The notes below the pieces were generated by a model, which made no database searches, was not told the DNA's origin, and was given only the letters and a program-made list of their open reading frames with translations. A DNA stretch of 64,000 nucleotides from an uncultured Arcobacter sp. GTDB lineage: Bacteria > Campylobacterota > Campylobacteria > Campylobacterales > Arcobacteraceae. The stretch covers positions 608,001 to 672,000 of the forward strand of contig OZ223302.1 in assembly GCA_965140705.1 (NCBI GenBank), in the 5' to 3' direction. Both the position numbers and the translations under genes were made by a program. Shown one piece after another: positions 1-7,561 of the stretch; the stretch's first letter is position 1; each line of letters starts with the position of its first letter.

Positions 1-2144
1 TTTTCTTGTGTAAACTTATCTAATTGTCCAACTGCATCAGATATCTGTGCCATACCAATCGATTGCTCTTTTGCTGCATTTGTCACATCAGCTATTAATT
101 TACTTGTTTCTACAATTTTTGCTTCAAGATTAGTAAACCCTTCAATCATTTTATTACTTATTGTTTTACCATTATTTGCTTTTGAGGTAGCACTTTCAAC
201 TAAATTTTTTATCTCTTTTGCAGCTTCTGCAGAACGAGATGCCAAGTTTCTAACTTCTTGTGCAACTACTGCAAAACCTTTTCCAGCTTCACCTGCTGTT
301 GCTGCTTCAACTGCTGCATTTAAGCTTAGAATATTTGTTTGGAAAGCAATTTGATCTATCACTGTTATAGCTTCATTTATATTTATAACTGTATTATTTA
401 TATCTTCCATTGCACTTACCGTATTATTTGCTAAATTTTTACCTTCAGTCGCTGATTCTTTTGTTTGATTTGAGATTGCATTCATCTCTTGTGCTTTATG
501 ATTTGTTTGTTCAATTGTACCTGTGATTTCATCTATTGAAGCAGCTGTCTCTTCCAATGAAGCAGCTTGTGAAGTAGCATTTGCACTTAGTGTTTTTACA
601 TTTGAAGTAAGTTCATCTGAACTTTCTTGTAAAGATAATCCATCCTCTTGATTATCCCTTAACATATCAGTAATCATTCTATTCATTTCTATGATTTCTT
701 TCCCGATTTTTCCAGAATGTTCACCATTTAATGTAGCTGTAAAATCTCTTCTCATATATGAGGATAAGGTTTCACTTATTTTATTTAAATCTTCTCCAAC
801 TAATTGTTCTAGATTTTCTAACATAGTATTAAGAAGATTTTTTAACTCATTAAGAGAATCTGTGCTTGTACTTTTATCTATTCGTTTATTTAGATACCCT
901 TCCCCCACATGATTTACTACATCTTTAACATTTTCAAGTAGTTCATTATCTTGATTTATTCCCACTTGAATTTTAGTTATATTTTCATTTATGCTCTTAG
1001 CCATAGCACCAAATTCATCATTTGAATTGATTTCAATTGCTTCTGTTTTATTTGTCTCTTTATTTAAATACAAGAAAAATCCATCAAGTCCTGTACCAAT
1101 TGAACGTAGATTAAGATTAAGTTTTTTAGTAGTGAAAACAACTACTCCTGTCATTAATAAAATCCCAATTAAAGCAGCTATAATAGAGAAATTTCTTATA
1201 AAATGTGCATCTTGTAGGTACTCATTTTCAGGTACAGTTAAAAATAGATCCCAATAAAGACCTTCATTTCCTATAGCAATAGCTTTTGAATAAAAAAAGT
1301 CTCTTAAACCATTATCTCCTACACTTGTAAAAGTTGTATCTTTATGCTCTTGTGATTTCTCTATAGCATTTTTAAATTTTTCTGTTGAAGGAAGTAAAAC
1401 TCCCAATTTTTCTCTTTTTGGATGAGCCAAAATATATTTATGTTGCCCTACAAGAAAGAAGTATCCCGTTTTATAATATCTCGTCTCTTTTGCTTTTTTG
1501 GCAAAGGTTTCTAAGTTGATATCGATTCCAGTTACACCTATATATTGGTCATTATTATACATAGGTACTCCAATACTTACCATAAGTACTTTTTCTCCAT
1601 TTACAGGATATAAATAGGGCTTAGTAATATATAATTTGCCACTTTCTTTAGGACCTTTTATCCAAGCATCTTTTTCCGAATAAACAGCTCCAGGAGAGAC
1701 TTTTATTCCAGAATCTGTCTTTGTAACATATGGATTAAATTGTCCTACTTTATCATAACCTTCTTTTCCTGCCAATTCCATATTTTCGGGGAAAAGTAAA
1801 GTCTTATCTTTGATTTTAAACCAAGTACCAACGATAATCTCATTATGCTCTAAAATATCTTTCAGATATTGTAGTACTTCTTTTGGCTCTAAATGAGTGT
1901 CAGTTTTAAAAGGTGCTTCAAACTTTTTACCCATCAATTTAGTAATAAGAATCGTTTTATCAACTTCTCCTTGTATGATACTAGCTTCTTTAAATGCAGC
2001 TTCTTGTAAATACTGCTTGGCTTCACTTTGTGAGGAATCATATGAATATTTAACAACAAAAAACATTGTTATTCCAAAAACAATAACCATCGTACTTAAA
2101 ACTTGTAATAATAACTTATTACCAAAACCCAACTGGCTTCTCAT
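1..2144 (-). CDS. Methyl-accepting chemotaxis protein (Cache sensor, HAMP, MCP signal domain); 3' end runs off the window
   Basis: Not in the ORF track because it is truncated. Read manually: ATG at 2144 after GGGGAAAAG, N-terminal TM segment, and MCP hairpin [40 protein letters not shown] at about 240-360 in the same frame. Confidence 0.93.
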   Translation of the reverse strand, partial: MRSQLGFGNKLLLQVLSTMVIVFGITMFFVVKYSYDSSQSEAKQYLQEAAFKEASIIQGEVDKTILITKLMGKKFEAPFKTDTHLEPKEVLQYLKDILEHNEIIVGTWFKIKDKTLLFPENMELAGKEGYDKVGQFNPYVTKTDSGIKVSPGAVYSEKDAWIKGPKESGKLYITKPYLYPVNGEKVLMVSIGVPMYNNDQYIGVTGIDINLETFAKKAKETRYYKTGYFFLVGQHKYILAHPKREKLGVLLPSTEKFKNAIEKSQEHKDTTFTSVGDNGLRDFFYSKAIAIGNEGLYWDLFLTVPENEYLQDAHFIRNFSIIAALIGILLMTGVVVFTTKKLNLNLRSIGTGLDGFFLYLNKETNKTEAIEINSNDEFGAMAKSINENITKIQVGINQDNELLENVKDVVNHVGEGYLNKRIDKSTSTDSLNELKNLLNTMLENLEQLVGEDLNKISETLSSYMRRDFTATLNGEHSGKIGKEIIEMNRMITDMLRDNQEDGLSLQESSDELTSNVKTLSANATSQAASLEETAASIDEITGTIEQTNHKAQEMNAISNQTKESATEGKNLANNTVSAMEDINNTVININEAITVIDQIAFQTNILSLNAAVEAATAGEAGKGFAVVAQEVRNLASRSAEAAKEIKNLVESATSKANNGKTISNKMIEGFTNLEAKIVETSKLIADVTNAAKEQSIGMAQISDAVGQLDKFTQE

Positions 2145-2366
2145 CTTTTCCCCTTTATACTTAATTGTTAATAATCTGTTAATATTATACTCTCCTTTAG
2201 TTACAAAATGAACCATAATGATAATATCTTCCAAACAGAATAAAGTTGTGAAAATACCATTTTATGGATATTAATAAATTGTATTTAAGTTATTTTTAAG
2301 AACTAAATATAATTTACAAATGCTTAATAATAAACTTACTATAATAAATAAAAACAAGGTTAGTTT

Positions 2367-2930
2367 ATGATACTTGATTATGAAAAAATAGATGATTTAA
2401 ATAAATACAAAATTATGTCAGATACAGTAGTTCCTAGACCAATCGCATGGATAGTAACAGAAGATAATGGAGTTTTAAATGCTGCTCCTTTTTCATACTT
2501 TATCCCAATATCAAGTAATCCCGCAACATTAATTGTATCTATTGGAATAAAAGATGACGGTAGTCCAAAAGATAGCTTAGCCAATATCTTAAAAACAAAA
2601 AAAGCTACAATTTGTTTTGCAAATAAAGACAATGTGGATAAAGTAAAACTATGTTCTACTATGCTAAAAAAAGAACAAAGTGAAATAAAAGAGTACGATA
2701 TAGAAGTGCAAAAAATACTTGAAGATTTTCCACCTATGATTTCATCTTCTCAAAGTGCTTTGTTTTGTGAATATTACGACACAGTGAAAATTCCTGGAAA
2801 AACTACACCTCTTATTTTAGAGATAAAAAAGCAGTTCATAGAAGATGATAGAATCAATGAAAAAATGCATGTAAATGTGGAAAATATTGGAAGAAGTGGA
2901 GCTTTTTTTAAAGCTATGGTAGACCTTTAA
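2367..2930 (+). CDS. Flavin reductase-like (FMN-binding split barrel) protein
   Basis: Motifs [17 protein letters not shown] and KDSLANI; AAGG RBS. Confidence 0.88.
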   Translation: MILDYEKIDDLNKYKIMSDTVVPRPIAWIVTEDNGVLNAAPFSYFIPISSNPATLIVSIGIKDDGSPKDSLANILKTKKATICFANKDNVDKVKLCSTMLKKEQSEIKEYDIEVQKILEDFPPMISSSQSALFCEYYDTVKIPGKTTPLILEIKKQFIEDDRINEKMHVNVENIGRSGAFFKAMVDL

Positions 2931-4327
2931 ATCTTAGGTCTTACCATCTCTTGGGGTTTTACATACTCCTCAAACTCTTTTTCAGTAAGTATTCCCAATC
3001 TTAACGCTTCTTCTTTTAAAGTTGTTCCATTTTTATGTGCAGTTTTTGCTATAAGTGCTGCCTTTTCATATCCAATATAAGGATTTAGTGCAGTTACAAG
3101 CATCAAAGAATCATTTAGGTATTTTTCTATATTTTTATTATTTGCACTTATTCCTATTGCACAATTATCATTGAAAGCATTCATTGTGTCACTCAAAAGT
3201 CTAATTGATTGTAAAATATTATAAGCAATCACTGGTTTGAATACATTTAATTCAAAATTTCCTTGACTAGCACTAATACTAACTGTTGTATGATTTCCCA
3301 TAACTTGAACAGCGACCATTGTCATAGCTTCACTTTGGGTTGGATTTACTTTTCCTGGCATGATTGAACTTCCCGGTTCATTTTCTGGGATATTTAACTC
3401 TCCTATTCCACATCGTGGACCTGAAGCTAACCATCTTATATCATTTGCCATTTTCATAAGATTACTAGCTAAAGAATTTAAGGCTCCACTTAAAAAAACT
3501 TCTCCATCATGGGAAGTTAAAGAGTGAAATTTATTTGGATGTGAGATAAATTTATATTTTGTATTAGTATTTAAATTTAAATTTTCACAAACAAGACGTG
3601 AAAAATCTGGATGAGAATTTAGTCCTGTACCAACAGCAGTTCCTCCAATAGCAAGTTCACAAATATACTTCATACTGTCATCTATTTGATTTAGTGCTTT
3701 TTCTAACATCTCAACATAAGCTGAAAACTCTTGTCCTAAAGTAAGTGGAGTAGCATCTTGAAGGTGTGTTCTTCCTATTTTAATGATATTTTCAAACTCT
3801 TTTGTTTTATTTTCTAGGGTTGTTTTTAGTTGATTTATTGAAGGGATTAGTTGTTTTTGTAACTCTAAAACAAAAGCTATTCTCATGGCACTAGGATATG
3901 TGTCATTTGAACTTTGTCCCTTATTTACATCATCATTTGGATGTATTAGTTTTTCGACTCTAAAATCTTTTCCTAAAAATTCAGTTGATCTTGAAGCTAT
4001 TACTTCATTTAGGTTCATATTTGATTGGGTTCCACTTCCTGTTTGCCAAACAGCTAAAGGGAAATTATCATCAAGTTTTCCCTCAATTATTTCATCACAA
4101 ACTTTTGATATAACATCTTTTTTTTCTATTGGAAGTTTTTTTAAATCAAAATTTACTATTGCGCATGATTTTTTTAAATATGCAAAAGCTTTGATTATCT
4201 CTTTTGGCATTTTTTCAATACCAATGGGAAAGTTTTCCAAACTTCTTTGGGTCTGAGCTGCCCAATATTTATCATTTGGAACCTTGATTTCTCCCATAGT
4301 ATCTTTTTCAATTCTATAATCCATCAT
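2927..4327 (-). CDS. fumC: Fumarate hydratase class II
   Basis: Signature [13 protein letters not shown], plus [12 protein letters not shown] and GRTHLQDA. Confidence 0.97.
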   Translation of the reverse strand: MMDYRIEKDTMGEIKVPNDKYWAAQTQRSLENFPIGIEKMPKEIIKAFAYLKKSCAIVNFDLKKLPIEKKDVISKVCDEIIEGKLDDNFPLAVWQTGSGTQSNMNLNEVIASRSTEFLGKDFRVEKLIHPNDDVNKGQSSNDTYPSAMRIAFVLELQKQLIPSINQLKTTLENKTKEFENIIKIGRTHLQDATPLTLGQEFSAYVEMLEKALNQIDDSMKYICELAIGGTAVGTGLNSHPDFSRLVCENLNLNTNTKYKFISHPNKFHSLTSHDGEVFLSGALNSLASNLMKMANDIRWLASGPRCGIGELNIPENEPGSSIMPGKVNPTQSEAMTMVAVQVMGNHTTVSISASQGNFELNVFKPVIAYNILQSIRLLSDTMNAFNDNCAIGISANNKNIEKYLNDSLMLVTALNPYIGYEKAALIAKTAHKNGTTLKEEALRLGILTEKEFEEYVKPQEMVRPKI

Positions 4328-4384
4328 AATTCCTTTGTTTTTATTAATTATATATCAAAAAACAAAGAGATTATTTAAAAATTA

Positions 4385-5227
4385 TTATTGAACTATTTGA
4401 TGAAGTTTAGAACACTGTGAAAGTAATACTTCTGATCCTGACATATCTTTTAAAATATCTTCAAAAGAGTGAAAGTGTGCATTATAAACATAGATAAATA
4501 TCTCATCATCTTTTTCTAAATAGTGATGTTTACCAAAATCAGTATAAGCAGTAGCCCCTGCTGCTATTAAGATACCTTTTTTATTATTTATTTCTTTAAA
4601 ATATTGAGGTAAAGCTTCAAGTGGACCTACTTCTTCTTGAGTATTAAATTTATCTATCATCCAATCTTTTAATTGACCAAAAAAGTATGAATATGAATTT
4701 ACAGCACTAACTGTTCCATAATCATATACAATTCCATCTCTTTTTAAAAATGAAGCGATATGGTACTTGTTTAAAATTCCACTTTCATCAAAACTATCTA
4801 TTTCAATAAATTCTGGTGCAATTCCCTTTGATGATTTTCCCCAATTCTTTTTAGTACTTAACATCTTCCCATCTTGCACCCTATTTGAGCAATCATTAAA
4901 TGCTCCAAAATATTTTGGTTTTAAATCTACTAATTTGTTATTTTCATATACAAAATCACAAATTAATCCTACTTCTGCTTCAACTTGTAAATGCTCTATT
5001 CCATTATGATTTATCTTATCTGTACAAATAGGAAATTGTCCTAAATAACTCTCCTCATTTGGAATATAAAAAGGAAATAAGCCCTTTGGTGCATCTTTTT
5101 CCTCCGTTTTGATTACTGAAAACTCATCGGCTTCACCTGCTTCCCCTAAGTGATTTGCGAAGTTTCCTGCAACACCAAAACCTAAATAATCTTTTAAGTC
5201 TTCTGTATTTATATTATATTTTTTCAT
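4385..5227 (-). CDS. DUF5718-family protein with FAH-superfamily-like motifs
   Basis: N-terminal GVAGNFANHLGEAGEA is typical of DUF5718; also EAEVG, FNDCSNR and KNWG; AAGGG RBS. Confidence 0.7.
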   Translation of the reverse strand: MKKYNINTEDLKDYLGFGVAGNFANHLGEAGEADEFSVIKTEEKDAPKGLFPFYIPNEESYLGQFPICTDKINHNGIEHLQVEAEVGLICDFVYENNKLVDLKPKYFGAFNDCSNRVQDGKMLSTKKNWGKSSKGIAPEFIEIDSFDESGILNKYHIASFLKRDGIVYDYGTVSAVNSYSYFFGQLKDWMIDKFNTQEEVGPLEALPQYFKEINNKKGILIAAGATAYTDFGKHHYLEKDDEIFIYVYNAHFHSFEDILKDMSGSEVLLSQCSKLHQIVQ

Positions 5228-5348
5228 TTTTTTGCCCTTAATTTTAAAAATTTAGACAATTTATTTTTTATTTTGGGATGATTATTTTTTAAAGTGAGAA
5301 TATTTTCGTGAAGTTTATGTGGGTAGTTAAATTATCTTATGTAAAACT

Positions 5349-5411
5349 CTACCAGCGGTGTAAACTCTTCTCACTGCAGTTGGCGAGCATGACGACTTTG
5401 TTAATTATCAT
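5349..5411 (-). CDS. Candidate 20-aa leader peptide (uORF) MIINKVVMLANCSEKSLHRW
   Basis: AAAGGA RBS at 5423-5418, ATG at 5411, TAG at 5351-5349. It is GC-rich relative to its flanks and lies 121 nt upstream of the DUF5718 gene. Confidence 0.55.
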   Translation of the reverse strand: MIINKVVMLANCSEKSLHRW

Positions 5412-5429
5412 TATTAATCCTTTCATAGT

Positions 5430-5464
5430 TTTTCAGATAAGAATATTATCCTCTTATCTGAAAA
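5430..5464. repeat. Perfect 13-bp inverted repeat TTTTCAGATAAGA-N9-TCTTATCTGAAAA
   Basis: Arms at 5430-5442 and 5452-5464, directly after the stop of the 5484-6467 gene. Confidence 0.85.
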
Positions 5465-5483
5465 TTTAGCTTAAAAAATAAAA

Positions 5484-6467
5484 TTAAGTGAAAAATCTTT
5501 TTTCTACTTCATCTTGAAGTTTTCCACCAGAGAATTTAGCTCTTTGAACTAGTTCCCAAAAATATCTGTAGGTTGCTCTATCGTGGAGTTCACCATCATA
5601 TTGAATAGGTCCCCATTCTGCATCTTGTGCAGCTAATAATATATTTTGTGCAGCTTCAAGTTCTGTAAAATCTGGTTTCATCGCATCTACGATTGCTTGT
5701 ACTTGTGTTGGATAAATAGACCACATTCTCATAAATCCAAACTCATTTCTAGCTCTCTCCGCATCTTTATACGTTTGATATGGATTTTTTAAATCTAAAG
5801 TTACATTGTGACAAGGAATAACATGATTTTCAATTGCTGCTTGGCATACTTTTGCTTTAGCAGCTGCAATTAATCTATGTTCAAATTGCCCTGGACTTCT
5901 CATATTGATAGCTGGAATAGCACCTTGATAACCAGAAACAAAGTCCATAAGACCGAAATCTAAAACTTGTAACCAAGGTAAAGTTGCAGTTTTTTCAACA
6001 TCTCTTAATGCTCCATGAGTTTCAATTAAAATATGAATAGGAATCTCTCTTTTTATTCCAGCTTCTTTTGCCACTTTTTGAATATACTCAATTTGAGTTT
6101 TAGCATCTTCATAACAAGTAGATTTTGGCAGAGTAATATATGCAAGTTTTTCACCAGCACCAGGTACTAAAATATCAATATCTTGTCTCCAATCAGGGTG
6201 TGAGAAATCATGGATTCTAGTCCCTGCCATCGCATAAGGATTTGCTTCAGAGTTTACAACTCTAACAATCATTTGTGCATGTTCAACTTCTTTTCCTGTC
6301 TCTGCTCCATCTTCACAATCACAAGTGATATCAAAAACTGGTCCTAGTTTTTTTTGCATTTCAAAACCTTTTAAAATAAGCTTTTCACTACCTGCAAAGT
6401 GCTCACAAGTTGGGATGATTGGTAAAGATTTTCCTGATTCAAATAGTGCTTCGTTTGGGTGTGTCAT
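5484..6467 (-). CDS. HpcH/HpaI aldolase/citrate lyase (CitE/Mcl) family CoA-ester lyase
   Basis: CDCEDG, TRIH, LIETHG...FGLMDF (Glu/Asp metal pair 26 aa apart), WSIYPTQ and GELHD. Confidence 0.88.
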   Translation of the reverse strand: MTHPNEALFESGKSLPIIPTCEHFAGSEKLILKGFEMQKKLGPVFDITCDCEDGAETGKEVEHAQMIVRVVNSEANPYAMAGTRIHDFSHPDWRQDIDILVPGAGEKLAYITLPKSTCYEDAKTQIEYIQKVAKEAGIKREIPIHILIETHGALRDVEKTATLPWLQVLDFGLMDFVSGYQGAIPAINMRSPGQFEHRLIAAAKAKVCQAAIENHVIPCHNVTLDLKNPYQTYKDAERARNEFGFMRMWSIYPTQVQAIVDAMKPDFTELEAAQNILLAAQDAEWGPIQYDGELHDRATYRYFWELVQRAKFSGGKLQDEVEKRFFT

Positions 6468-6487
6468 AATATTTTCCTTTTTTAAAT

Positions 6488-7552
6488 TTATTTTTGTTTT
6501 TTTGGTATAACTACTGTGTAGTCTAAGTCTAATACAACTTCTTTTTTATACTTCCCATTTTCATCAAATGCTGTATCAAAAGTCTCTGGTCTTTGGTTTT
6601 TAAGAGCAACTGTTCGAAGTCGCAATAACCCTAAATCTTCTCTTTTATGATCGATAGTCTCAACTACCTCAGTATAAGCATAAATAGTATCTCCTGCATA
6701 TGTTGGGTTTGCATGAGCTCCACTATTTATAGAATAAATCCATTGGGCATTTTGTAAACCATTAAATGAAATACTTCTAGCTATTGAAATAACATGTCCA
6801 CCATACATAAGTCTTTGACCCATTGGAGTAGATTTCATCATAAAATCATCAAAATGTACTTTTGCATTATTTTGATAAAGTTTAGTTGCAAGTGTATGAT
6901 CACTATCATCAATAGTAATACCTTCTGCATGATTTAATCTCTCACCTGCTTCATAGTCTTCAAAAAAATAATTTCCACCAGTTACATCTGTATTTATATC
7001 TTTTAAAACTGGGATATTTATTTCTTCTCCTATGGCTTGAGTTTTTGCAAAAGTTGGAACTATATTTATTCCACTCATTTCACCTTTATTTCTCTTATGA
7101 ACCATAACCCATCTTTTAAGATTTAAAACTTCATTTTCATCTTGATTATATCCAATAGAGTGAACATAAACCACTCCACTTTTACCATTTGAGTTCTCTT
7201 TTAAACCTATAATTTCAGTTTCAAGTCTAACAGTATCTCCTACAAATACGGGATTTGGGAAAGATACTTCTGCATAACCTAAGTTTGCAATTGCATTTAA
7301 AGAGATATCCTGAACAGATTTTCCAAATGTTAAATGAAACATCAATAAATCATCAAGGGGCTTTTTTGTATAACCCATCTCTTGAGCTAAAATATCCGAT
7401 GAATTTAAAGAAAATCTACTTCCAGTAAGGGCGATGTAAAAAGATACATCACCATCACTTATTGTTCTTGGAAGTGGGTGAACTATTTTTTGTCCAATTT
7501 CAAAATCTTCAAAGAAGTTTCCAAAATTGATTTTAGTACTTATTTTAGACAT
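6488..7552 (-). CDS. mch: Mesaconyl-C1-CoA (2-methylfumaryl-CoA) hydratase-like, double MaoC hot-dog
   Basis: GNFFEDF, PRTISDGDV, FGKSVQDISLNAIANLGY, GVVYVHS, LYQNNAKVHF, YGGHVISIARSISFNGL and VVLDLDY match the Chloroflexus/Rhodobacter Mch sequences as I recall them, over the full length. Confidence 0.85.
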   Translation of the reverse strand: MSKISTKINFGNFFEDFEIGQKIVHPLPRTISDGDVSFYIALTGSRFSLNSSDILAQEMGYTKKPLDDLLMFHLTFGKSVQDISLNAIANLGYAEVSFPNPVFVGDTVRLETEIIGLKENSNGKSGVVYVHSIGYNQDENEVLNLKRWVMVHKRNKGEMSGINIVPTFAKTQAIGEEINIPVLKDINTDVTGGNYFFEDYEAGERLNHAEGITIDDSDHTLATKLYQNNAKVHFDDFMMKSTPMGQRLMYGGHVISIARSISFNGLQNAQWIYSINSGAHANPTYAGDTIYAYTEVVETIDHKREDLGLLRLRTVALKNQRPETFDTAFDENGKYKKEVVLDLDYTVVIPKKQK

Positions 7553-7561
7553 TTTTCTTCC

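Noticed and set aside
241..380. Strong DNA similarity to 27327-27466 (second MCP)
   Set aside because: Differences fall almost entirely at synonymous positions. This is ordinary protein-level conservation of the MCP hairpin, not a recent duplication or mobile repeat.
691..2211. Plus-strand ORFs 691-912, 991-1257 and 1897-2211
   Set aside because: Antisense shadows of the minus-strand MCP.
2927..4327. fumC as the mesaconase of the C5 pathway
   Set aside because: Mesaconase activity is established for class I fumarases, not class II FumC, and fumC appears to have its own promoter. The linkage may be incidental.
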